From: Adineta vaga
Lineage: Eukaryota > Animalia > Rotifera
Direction: 5' to 3'
Length of the DNA: 64,000 nucleotides
Assembly (NCBI GenBank): GCA_021613535.1
Contig: CP075493.1
Coordinates: forward strand, 11,842,001 to 11,906,000
The notes below the pieces were generated by a model. That model had not been told where the DNA came from, made no database searches, and saw only the letters and a list, made by a program, of their open reading frames with translations. The translations under genes were made by a program, and so were the position numbers. This document shows positions 41,501 to 51,723 of this stretch, in pieces; position 1 is the first letter of the stretch; every line of letters begins with the position of its first letter.

Positions 41501-42565
41501 TACATGGTACCTTTTCTTCGTGTATTGGGAATGAAAATTGGTCGACATTGCGAAGTATCAACAGCAATAGGAATGATTTATTCATTAATAGAAATTGATG
41601 ATGAATGTTTCATTGCCGATAATGTTCTCCTTTGTGAGCCATATATTCGGTACGAGCAGATACATTTGGAAAAAACAACTCTTGGTAAGCGTGTTTTTAT
41701 CGGAAATTCAGCAATCATTCCTAATGGAAAACATATACCGAATGAATGCTTAATTGGATGTATGTCATTGTTAGCAGATGAATTACTAGAAAAGCAATCA
41801 TGTCTAGGTTCGCCTGCCTTCATCTTACCAAATCGAGAACACGCTCCAGCTGGCACGTTAGAAATTTCGACATATCGACCAAGTACAGGAATGATTGTTC
41901 AACGTTTATGTATCGATACAATACGTATATTTTTACCAAGAACAATTATCGTTTTGGAAATTGGTCTAGCTACTGAAATTTTCGATCATTTTAATCAATT
42001 AATTAATTTTAGTTATTGCTTACTTACATTACCTATTTTATATATAGGTATACTTGCATTACCATCTTTACTTTTCTGTATTTTACTCAAATGGATATTA
42101 ATGAGAAAATATCGAACAAATCATTATCCTTTATGGAGCTGGTTTGTTTGGATATCAGATTTTATCACGGTAACATTCGAACAGTTGACTGTTCCACTTA
42201 TTCTAGATTTTCTTCAGGGAACTTACTTTATAGCTCCAGCTTTACGTTGTTTTGGTGTAAAAATTGGTCAACACTGTTTTGTTAATTCCATTCAAATAAC
42301 TGAATTTGATTTAATCAATATTGGTGATCAAGTTGTAATAAACACGGGAGCAGAACTACAAACTCATCTTTTCGAAGATCGTGTTATGAAACTGGGAGAG
42401 ATTCATGTCGAGAATCAGACAAATATTGGTTGTTTATCAACTATGTTACCAAATACACGATTAGGATCGAGTTCAAAACTAGGTCCATTAAGTTTAGTTA
42501 TAAAAGGCGAAAATATTCCTCCAAATACTTCATGGCAAGGTATTCCAATTCGAGAATATAATTAA
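38528..42565 (+). CDS. Pls/PosA-family single-module NRPS-like homopoly(amino acid) synthetase (A-T-TM/terminal domains), 3 exons, ~1312 aa
   Basis: Exons 38528-39373, 39424-40090 and 40140-42565 splice in frame. A-domain motifs (TSGSTGKPK, AFDMFLEE, NTGGEAC, NSYGPTE, YRTGD, QVKLRGYRMEL, SGKIDRK), T domain DDFFIDLGGHSL, then three TM-hairpin plus GAKIGRNV/GMKIGRHC/GVKIGQHC units ending QTHLFEDRVMK...WQGIP. Confidence 0.93.
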
Positions 42566-42953
42566 GTCGGTTTTTACAAAAATGAATTATTGAAAAATGA
42601 TGTAACTATGTAATTACATTGATTTGCTAATAAATCCGAAATAAAATGTCTTTATGATATTGAAAATTGTCAAGACTAAGCACAATTGATTCATCGATGT
42701 TGTTCCATCAATGATTATCGTGTAAAAGTCGATATAGCCTGTCAAAAAGTTTTTGTAGAAAAGTATCGACATTAGTTAATAAGATCTTCGAGTGTGAGTT
42801 TTCAAAGATTAAATTTCTAAAATCTCTGTATGTGACATATTCACGCAGGACAAAGACATCATTCAATTATGATTTCATCTTAAAAGTACAACTCTGTCAA
42901 AAAGAATATACACCATGCATGTTTGAATAAACGCATTCTTCTACAATCATATA

Positions 42954-43973
42954 ATGTCAGCTCTCGATGCAAACGCGGATGTGATTCTATCATGGAATAC
43001 AGCATCTGATATTCTCAATCGTTATTTTCCAATCGTTATCTATGTTTTTGGTATAACTGGCAATGTCTTAAATATTTTGGTTCTTATTCAACGACCACTT
43101 CGTTCAAATCCATCTGCTATTTTCTTTATTTGCTCATCGATAGCTGGTCTTCTTGCTATTATAAGTGGTTTAACAACACGAATGATGGCTGGATATGCAA
43201 CTGATATGACAACAACAGTCGGATGGATTTGTAAAATGCGTAATTTTGTTTTATATAGTGCTAGAACAATAACTCTATGGTCAATTGCATTAGCTACAAT
43301 TGATCGATGGTTAGCATCGAGTACCAATGTATCTAGACGACAAACGAGTTCAATAAGGAATGCTCGACGAAGTGTAGTCCTTGTTCATATCTATGCGTGT
43401 GTTATCAATAGTCCAATACTTTATTGCTATGAAGCTAATCTGAGTGATGCTCTTCGTGGATGTTATGGTTTAACATATATTTGTCGTTTGATTACCGATC
43501 TTATATATACAATCATGACCACATTAGTACCATTATTAATGATGATTATTTTCGGATTGTTGACTATCAGACATGTACGTCATACACAGAATCGTATTGA
43601 AAATATAACGATGGTTGACATGAGTTATAAGAATAAGAATACATTACCAACGTCGACTACTCGTGAAAGATCAAAGAAAAAAGTCGATAAACATTTATGT
43701 AAAATGCTTACTGTACAAGTAACTCTATTTGTAATACTAACATGTCCACATGGTATTCAAAAATCTTATTCATCCATCATATCATCGAATGAACCATCAT
43801 CTCAATCATTGAAAAATGCTGTCGAAACTTTTATTTTTAATTTAGTTACTCTTCTAAATTTTACAGCAAGTGGCATACCATTTTATATTTATACATTAGC
43901 AGGTGGTAGTTTATTTCGAAATACATTGTTTCATCTTTTGAAAAGAACTATTCTAAAGATCTTCTGTCGATGA
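42954..43973 (+). CDS. Class A 7TM GPCR, intact, intronless
   Basis: GITGNVLNILVL...RSNPS, WICKMRNF, ATIDRW, and PFYIYTLAGGSLFR motifs. Confidence 0.9.
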   Translation: MSALDANADVILSWNTASDILNRYFPIVIYVFGITGNVLNILVLIQRPLRSNPSAIFFICSSIAGLLAIISGLTTRMMAGYATDMTTTVGWICKMRNFVLYSARTITLWSIALATIDRWLASSTNVSRRQTSSIRNARRSVVLVHIYACVINSPILYCYEANLSDALRGCYGLTYICRLITDLIYTIMTTLVPLLMMIIFGLLTIRHVRHTQNRIENITMVDMSYKNKNTLPTSTTRERSKKKVDKHLCKMLTVQVTLFVILTCPHGIQKSYSSIISSNEPSSQSLKNAVETFIFNLVTLLNFTASGIPFYIYTLAGGSLFRNTLFHLLKRTILKIFCR

Positions 43974-44286
43974 TCATTTAGTTATACGATCTAGATAAAA
44001 ATTCTACAGTTGATTATAGTTATTCAAATCTTTCTTACTCATTAATAAACTTATCCTTTCAAAATAATGACACTAGATAATGTCAGCAGAAAAATACCAA
44101 TATAAAAGTGGAAGTGATGAAATATTCAATGTACATACTCTGCAAAAGAGGAATAAGGAAAAGGCGTAGTCGTCATTGTTGTTAAATGTCATGTATCTAT
44201 CTTATCGCGTCTATAAAAGAAACGCTTCGTTTTTTCTCTGAACAGCAGAATCACAATCGATTCATTTTACATTTCAAATATACAAG

Positions 44287-44490
44287 ATGCGTACAATAAT
44301 AATTCCGATTATTTTTGGTATTATCAATGTGCTACTGTTTATTTATACTCCACTTGTTCAAAGTCGATCATTTGTTGTTGATAACATAAAGCATAGCATG
44401 AAACATAGACTACATACCGTTGTTGTACAATGTGTATTCGTGATGTTCATGGACGTCGTTTTTGTGGGCCTTATTGTCCATAATATATAG
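44287..44490 (+). CDS. Small secreted peptide precursor, probably cysteine-rich after a frameshift
   Basis: TATA (ctataaaag ~44211), signal peptide MRTIII...LVQS, and AATAAA ~44550. The -1 frame carries TYRCCTMCIRDVHGRRFCGPYCP* (stop 44481-44483). Confidence 0.5.
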   Translation: MRTIIIPIIFGIINVLLFIYTPLVQSRSFVVDNIKHSMKHRLHTVVVQCVFVMFMDVVFVGLIVHNI

Positions 44491-44989
44491 ATATATATTT
44501 TTGTTATTTGCTAAATCTAAACTAAATATAAAATATGAGTGTGAGATACAATAAAAACTATAACCTCACATTCTTATTGGAAAACCAAAAAAATAGAATA
44601 CCATAATGACAACTCGTCTTTCTAGTTCGATTATGACATATTTTGACTTTTAGTAGAATAAGAACAAATACGATTGAAACTAATAATATTTGATGGTCAT
44701 ATTTCTGGTTATAAGTATCAGTTAATGTTCAAATTGCTAATAAAAAACGTGCAATACTTTTGGATCCAATATATTAAAAAGTCACAATATATTTGTGAAT
44801 AAATATTGATTATTAAAGTATGATAACAAGCAATACGATACCGATGAAAATGTCAATAGTTGTTGTTTTCTCTTCAATCATTTTTTTTTGTATTGTGATA
44901 TAACATGCAACCATAGAGAGTCGTTCACTAAACATTGAATAAAACGATCAAGATTCTCTTATTATCAATAGAATTATTCAATTTAACAA

Positions 44990-47101
44990 ATGGGTCAAGG
45001 TTGTTGTAAAACGAATACAATAAACTCGTCTAGTACAGTAGTAAATAGCTTCAACCAACAGGATACTGTCATCAGTCAAAGAATAAATCTTTTCGTAACC
45101 GATGTTGGTTTCTTTGGACAAGCTATACCTTACATTATGGAAAATTTTACTCTAGTATGGTTTGATCCAGATATCAACATGATCGATACAGAAACGAAAA
45201 CGTATATAAAAGATTTTCGACGAATAATTAATTCCATTCAAATCTTTACTGATCTTTTCGAGTGTTGTAAATATGCTCTTGCAGTGAAAGATACTCAAAT
45301 GATTCTTATTGTTTCGAAATCATTCAAACAAGACTTTGCCGAAATGTTTTTTATGATGAAAGAACTTCGATCAGTCTATATTTCATCGAAAAATATATCA
45401 ACATCTTTGGAATCAAATCAATTCAGAAGTAAAATGAAAGGTACGTTTAACGATATACAGGGATTATCTAGTACAATAAAAGATGATATTTATCGATTTG
45501 AAAATAATCAAATACCAATCGATGTTATTACATCAACAACTTTAATTCAACTGATGGAAACTGAACCAAAATTTTATTATTCAATACTAATTAAAGAGAA
45601 TTTATATGAAAAAGGACAACGTTTTGAACAAGGAAAACAAGCATTTATTGATTCTTGTCGAGTTTATTATGCTAACAATGATGAACAAATAGAAGTAATC
45701 AATGAATTTAACGATAAATATGCTCTTTCAACATCGATATGGTGGTATACACGTGATTGTTTCATCTCTCGAATATTGAATAAAGCATTCCGAATTCAAG
45801 ATTTTGAAACAATAATTAAAATGAATTTTTTCATTCGTAATCTTCATCGACAAATTGAACAGGTCTATTTAGAAACAATTCCACATTGTCAAATAACGAC
45901 TTATCATAGTCAAGGTATCACACATGCTATATTAGAAAAACTCAAACATAATAAAAACAATCTTATTTCTTTCAATACATTTTTATTGACGAATACAAAT
46001 CGTGATCTTGCTCTTAACATGGCTCGTCATCTTCAAGAAAGTAATGAATTAATAAGTATTCTCTTTCGAATCACAATCGATCCATCAATTTCACAAACGC
46101 CATTTGTTACCTTGGATGGAATTGCTTATTCACAAGAAATGCAGAATAGAATATTATTCTCATTTCAACCCATTTTTCGCATTGGTGAGATGAACAAGAA
46201 TGATAATAATATGTTCGAAATTGAACTCACTTTAATTGATCATTATGATGAGCAAATGAAAGATTTTATTAGACATAATCTAAAACCAAATGAAACAAAC
46301 CCAGGATTTATTCAAATAGGAACATTGATAAATGAGAAAGGTGAACTCGATAAAGCTGAAAAGATATTTACTGCATTACTTCAAACAACATCTGACAAGT
46401 ACAAAGAAGGACTGTTGATTTGCCATCTTCGATTAGCGAAGATCAATTTAGATAAAAACGATTTACAAGTCGCATTGTTGCATTTTCAAAAATCGATTAC
46501 CATACTCTCCATTGTTTTTTCAGCAGATGATCGTCAACTAGCATTACCATACGATCAGATGGGTCTTATCTATCAACGACAAGGTGATGATGAAAATGCA
46601 TTAAAACATATGCAAATAGCTCTCAAATTAGAAGTTCAAGGGCTTGAACCTATGCCTTTACATATTGTACAAATTCTCGAAAATATCGGTTCAGTATACC
46701 AAAATCAACGTAGGTTGACTGAAGCTTTGATATATTACAAGCGTGCACTTCAAATTGCATTAGTTTACATATCATCTGATTATCTGATGTTGAGTACTAT
46801 TCATAATAATATTGGTGTAATGCATCTATGGATGAAAAATTATACAGATGCGCTTTCGTATTTTGAAAAAACTCTTGAAATTCAAAACACACATGTTTCA
46901 TCGGATCACAGATCATTGGCCACAAGTTACAGTAACATGGCACTAGCACTCGATGGTCTTGATCGTACTAACGAAGCTGTGGAATATTCTGTAAAAGCGG
47001 TTAATCTCGCATGCCGTATATTGGGGTTCAACCATCCTGATACTGACTCTTATCTCTGTCAACTAACAGAACTACAGAGTAAAACGAGGCACCGGATCTA
47101 A
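44990..47101 (+). CDS. ADP-ribosyltransferase-like domain plus TPR repeat protein
   Basis: LVWFD N-domain, IWWYTRDCFISRILNKAFR, LISFNTFLLT, ILFRITID and IFRI segments, followed by ~6 TPRs. MGQGCC N-terminus. Confidence 0.85.
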   Translation: MGQGCCKTNTINSSSTVVNSFNQQDTVISQRINLFVTDVGFFGQAIPYIMENFTLVWFDPDINMIDTETKTYIKDFRRIINSIQIFTDLFECCKYALAVKDTQMILIVSKSFKQDFAEMFFMMKELRSVYISSKNISTSLESNQFRSKMKGTFNDIQGLSSTIKDDIYRFENNQIPIDVITSTTLIQLMETEPKFYYSILIKENLYEKGQRFEQGKQAFIDSCRVYYANNDEQIEVINEFNDKYALSTSIWWYTRDCFISRILNKAFRIQDFETIIKMNFFIRNLHRQIEQVYLETIPHCQITTYHSQGITHAILEKLKHNKNNLISFNTFLLTNTNRDLALNMARHLQESNELISILFRITIDPSISQTPFVTLDGIAYSQEMQNRILFSFQPIFRIGEMNKNDNNMFEIELTLIDHYDEQMKDFIRHNLKPNETNPGFIQIGTLINEKGELDKAEKIFTALLQTTSDKYKEGLLICHLRLAKINLDKNDLQVALLHFQKSITILSIVFSADDRQLALPYDQMGLIYQRQGDDENALKHMQIALKLEVQGLEPMPLHIVQILENIGSVYQNQRRLTEALIYYKRALQIALVYISSDYLMLSTIHNNIGVMHLWMKNYTDALSYFEKTLEIQNTHVSSDHRSLATSYSNMALALDGLDRTNEAVEYSVKAVNLACRILGFNHPDTDSYLCQLTELQSKTRHRI

Positions 47102-47588
47102 GAACTATTCTACTAACTCATATATCTAGTGCTTTGCTTTGCTTTTATCAATATATTTTTCTGTATTTAAGGCTTAAAACAAATGAGAATAATTTAATTT
47201 TGAGTTTTCATCAGATATACGATAAATTTATTATATTCGTAAAATTTTTGATTTACCTTCCTAACCATACAGGTTATACTGACATCTATTAATCGAGTGT
47301 ATCTCAATAACCACTCGGATACGACTTAAGGCAGATAGGATGATTGAAATCCAATAACAGTTTGATATATGTTATAAGTTTTAAATGCCATGTCAGTAAT
47401 CTGATGCAATAATCGAACGCTGTTTTTATATGAAGAATTACTCAATTTCTATTGCACCATCCTCGATAACGATTAACACGTCTTTGACTGATAATAACAA
47501 TGCTGATGAAATCCTAAAAAAATATGAACTGAAGTGAAAAAATATTCATAATTCCTTGTATTTCTTGTAGATTTTCAAAAATAAATTT

Positions 47589-49817
47589 ATGTTGCGACAG
47601 CAGTTTTTAGGTACTCTTGATTTGCAAATCAGCATTCCATTATTAACCAATTATGATGCATGTATTGAAGCGAATCATGATCAAAAGTGGAAAATCATCA
47701 AACATCAAGATGATCTATTGTTAATGGAATTAGAAAGCTTGCTTAGTTCCAATGAATGTAAGGAGCTTCTAGATCATCTTCATCGAGAAACATTCGAAAA
47801 TATGTCAGAAAAATACGTCACTGAACAACGAAACAACTCAAGATTAATCGCGGTCGATAAGAAATTAGCTGATCTTCTCTGGCAACGTTTAAGCTTTGAC
47901 AATCAATTTAAAGAGTTTGTACAAGATACAAGGCCATTAGGTTTCAATGTTCAAGGTCAATGGAAATTGAGTGGTGTCAATCCTGCTATGCGACTAAATA
48001 AATATCAAACCAATCAACATTTCTCACCACATAAAGATGCACAATATGCTCCCAGTGGTGACGAACGATCATTGTTTAGTTTGATTATTTATCTTAATGA
48101 TAATTATGAGCATGGTCAAACTAAATTCTATTTTCCAAAACAAACGCCAACATCAGATACGAAAGGATTAACAATACAAGAAGAAATCAATGCTTATGGT
48201 GGATTACAAAATGGATATGAATGTGTTACTATTCAACCAAAGAAAGGTTATGCTATTCTATTTACACATAATCTTTTACATGAAGCTGTGGCACCACAAG
48301 GAATCGATGCAGAACGATTTGTTCTTCGAAGTGATGTCCTTGTTAAACGAGAAGAAAAAGAATTAGGTTTTGCAGTTTGTGCAGAAGAAGAAGAAGATTA
48401 TTTTGCATGTCTGAATTTCTTTCGTGAAGCACAACAAAGAGAATTAGACAAATCAATGGATAGTGGAGAACTGTATGAACGATCATTATCGATTCGATAT
48501 TGTTATCCACGTTTACTTCAATCCAAAATGAAACAAACTATTGTCGAAGAAGAAGAAGAAGTATTAATTGATCGATTGCCGTCAGAAATTTGGCTTCATA
48601 TTTTTGGATATGTTCATGAACAAGATATTCGAAATTTCGTATTTGCTTATCCACAATTTCAATTGTTGAAAATATTTTGGGAAGCAAAAGAAAAACAACA
48701 TTTAAAGAGCGATCCATATCAACCAAAATTTATTCCAACTATCCATGTGCAATATGGCAGTCGAACATTATTTCGTTTTTCGGATGCTGATTTCTTCTAT
48801 CAACATGTCAATGCATGTTGTCGTGTTGCAGCTGTCTATGCTTTCTTTCTACTAGGACACAGCAAAGATTCTCAAACATATACTGTTCGATATGATCGAA
48901 ATACTCAACAAACTTGTGAAGTTAATATGGAACAACTCTTAGCAGATGCATTCTATAATCGAAATTGCTATGGTTCATTATATCGTGTTAAACAAAAAGA
49001 TGAAAATAAACGAGAACCAATGATTGATTTAGATCATAGTGTTGATCGAACATATATGACCAATCGACATCAGTCACAATTTATTGGACAAGATCTATTA
49101 CCGAATCTGCATCTTATATTAGAAAATCACCAATTATCTGAATTAGATGGACATAACAGAGGAAAATATGAAGATCACTTCAATGAACAAGAATTTCTTG
49201 CTTGGCAACGTAGACATGCTCTATATGATCGAAATGAAAAACTTGTTGATGAATATTTGAATGCTAATACACATTTAACTTATCGTGCACAATGTTCAAA
49301 AGATTCTGTTCTTGGTTTTCGTGAACATGTATTCAATCAAATCGAAAATAAATCAGGTACGAGTTTGTTTCGAATGCTTTCGGCTAAAGATCATGTTATA
49401 TATGGATTCTGTGATTGTCCTGGATGTTATTATCAAATTTATACAGTTCAAGATTTAATTACTATTTATAACCATTTAATATTTGACTTTGATACACATC
49501 GATTAGCAATTGAACATTTAGCTGATGAATCGTCTTGTGAAGATTTTAATTCTCTTCTATATGATTGTGTTCAAATACTACAAGACAAAGTTCCACAAGA
49601 AAATCCTGTTTCATTCTATCGTGTCAATATTGAAAAATTAGCTGAAGTAACACAAGGATTCAATCATGCTGGATGTCAATGTCAATATCCAACTGTAAAA
49701 GTGAATCAATTTTCATTTCTTGATTACACTTATTTATCGCATGTTCATTTGAGTGTTGCTCAAAATAATGAACATGTCTATGTTCTAGCTACCTATGGTG
49801 GAATCGCTGTTTTGTAA
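47589..49817 (+). CDS. 2OG-Fe(II) oxygenase (prolyl-hydroxylase-like) fused to F-box-like motif and unknown C-terminal domain
   Basis: MRLNKY...FSPHKDA, SLIIYLND, LLHEA and RFVLRSDV (HxD...H...R) motifs, plus IDRLPSEIWLHIFGYV F-box-like segment. Confidence 0.85.
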   Translation: MLRQQFLGTLDLQISIPLLTNYDACIEANHDQKWKIIKHQDDLLLMELESLLSSNECKELLDHLHRETFENMSEKYVTEQRNNSRLIAVDKKLADLLWQRLSFDNQFKEFVQDTRPLGFNVQGQWKLSGVNPAMRLNKYQTNQHFSPHKDAQYAPSGDERSLFSLIIYLNDNYEHGQTKFYFPKQTPTSDTKGLTIQEEINAYGGLQNGYECVTIQPKKGYAILFTHNLLHEAVAPQGIDAERFVLRSDVLVKREEKELGFAVCAEEEEDYFACLNFFREAQQRELDKSMDSGELYERSLSIRYCYPRLLQSKMKQTIVEEEEEVLIDRLPSEIWLHIFGYVHEQDIRNFVFAYPQFQLLKIFWEAKEKQHLKSDPYQPKFIPTIHVQYGSRTLFRFSDADFFYQHVNACCRVAAVYAFFLLGHSKDSQTYTVRYDRNTQQTCEVNMEQLLADAFYNRNCYGSLYRVKQKDENKREPMIDLDHSVDRTYMTNRHQSQFIGQDLLPNLHLILENHQLSELDGHNRGKYEDHFNEQEFLAWQRRHALYDRNEKLVDEYLNANTHLTYRAQCSKDSVLGFREHVFNQIENKSGTSLFRMLSAKDHVIYGFCDCPGCYYQIYTVQDLITIYNHLIFDFDTHRLAIEHLADESSCEDFNSLLYDCVQILQDKVPQENPVSFYRVNIEKLAEVTQGFNHAGCQCQYPTVKVNQFSFLDYTYLSHVHLSVAQNNEHVYVLATYGGIAVL

Positions 49818-50580
49818 CTTTTTTTTGTTTTTCTTGAGAGTCTGCGTTTAAAACTAAGTATGACTATCTATATTAATTAATACTGTATCAGATTTCTCAG
49901 TTGAAATATAGTTAATAAAATCTATTGGTTTGTGGATATTTTTACATGATGTCTCAATTCCGCATAAGACAGATATAATTAGCATAGCGGAATAGTATCA
50001 CTACCCCATTTTTCTGTTACAAATGTCAATAAGCATGCTTTGTTTTTCAAGTCTTTTTTGATTGAGATAAACGATCATATTTTTTATTTTACATAAACAT
50101 ATATTTCGGTAGAAAACATCTCAATTCTTTTGTAAATATATTAAATGTTAATCTAACACATTATATTCTATTTTTCATTCAGTGGGTTAATATCGATTTA
50201 GACCTGATTTTTTACCAGATTTTTTTTCCAAATGGGTAAAATATAGAAGTACTTTCTTATAATTAATTTTTTTATTCACATCTTCGAAATTCTATTGGAT
50301 TTTTCAAAACTAACGAGTATATTATGTGTTTTTCATTGTCGGCTATTGTTATTGCACAAATAAATCAGATAATATGGCTCACTAACTTGAATAAAGAAGA
50401 AAAAAATTTTCTTGTTCTACTGACGATGACGTCAGTGGGTTTTTTTGATAGTTGTAACTGGAAGAAAAACTTCCACATCATTATTTCTTTATGTAAGTAT
50501 AAAGAAAGAAATCTATTTATTGTATGTGGTATTTCTAAGAACAACTAGAATAAAAATTTAGAGTTTGATTAAAGATTATC

Positions 50581-51375
50581 ATGGAACAAGAAATTGTTAA
50601 GATCAATAAAAAGTTTAAAAAAATGATTGATAAATCTGAAATGGATGAATGTGTTGCTAGAGCATCACTTGTTCGTCTCGAAGAGTTAAATATTTCATTA
50701 ATGGTTTTGCAGAAGACTGGTATTGGGAAAACCATTAACGAACTACGGCGTGGTACGAACAATGAAAGTGTATCGACAATGGCTAAGAACTTGTTAAAAA
50801 AGTGGAAAAAACTTCTTTCTAGTCCATCTCAACTAAAATCTTCTCAAACAACCACTACGACTACAAACTCTTCATGGGAAACAAATGATGCAACAAGACT
50901 GAAATCACGCGAATTGTTAGCAAGCGCATTGTCGATTATGGGAATTCCCGAAGGTTCAAATGATCCGGTTGAATTATCTGCTCGCATTGAAGATGCTGTA
51001 TACAAAGAAATTAAAGATACGAAAATTAAATATGGACGTCGTATCCGCAGTCAAATATTCAATTTAAGAGATTTGAGAAATCCTGATCTTCGCACCAAAG
51101 TACTTCTCGGTAGTATTACACCAGAACGATTTGCTATGATGACTACCGAAGAAATGACTAGTGATGCTTTGAGAGAGGAATGTGCGAAATTTAAAGAAAT
51201 ATCTCATCGTGAAAGTCTATTGGCAGTCGATGAAGGCGTCGGCAGTGATCTTATTCAATGTGAACGATGTAAACAACATAACTGTTCATATTCTGAACTT
51301 CAAACACTCAGTGGAGACGAACCAATGACTTTGTTCGTTCTATGTAGAAACTGTGGTTATCGATGGAGAGGATGA
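50581..51375 (+). CDS. TCEA: Transcription elongation factor TFIIS (TCEA-like), intronless
   Basis: LQKTGIGKTIN...LLKKWKKL domain I, RIRSQIFNLRD...NPDLR domain II, and Zn ribbon CERC...QTLSGDEPMTLFVLCRNCGYRW. Confidence 0.93.
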   Translation: MEQEIVKINKKFKKMIDKSEMDECVARASLVRLEELNISLMVLQKTGIGKTINELRRGTNNESVSTMAKNLLKKWKKLLSSPSQLKSSQTTTTTTNSSWETNDATRLKSRELLASALSIMGIPEGSNDPVELSARIEDAVYKEIKDTKIKYGRRIRSQIFNLRDLRNPDLRTKVLLGSITPERFAMMTTEEMTSDALREECAKFKEISHRESLLAVDEGVGSDLIQCERCKQHNCSYSELQTLSGDEPMTLFVLCRNCGYRWRG

Positions 51376-51723
51376 ATTAATCATTACTGGCAAATGCATC
51401 CACTGAATTTGAATACAATGCAGATTTGTCTCGTTCCTCTGGAATAGGATCATGCTATACCATGTCGTAACAGCTATATCGATATCTTTTTATGTTGACA
51501 GTTTATTTTATGCTATTCTTTTCAGACTGAAACGAATTCACAGATTGTGATAAATAAAATAAATTGATGAAAAGTAATGAATATGAATCAAACATGTCTA
51601 CATTCTTGTTAGTAGAGGAGAAGAAACACTCGAGAAGAAAAAACAAACTTATAATGAAAAAAAATGTGAGAAACGAAACACTACGATTTCCGGTCCGACT
51701 GAGTCGTTAAATTTATTGTCATG

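Noticed and set aside
38528-42565. Bacterial contamination as the source of the NRPS-like gene
   Set aside because: Two spliceosomal introns, host-like AT content and metazoan GPCR neighbours argue for genuine integration (read support still to be checked).
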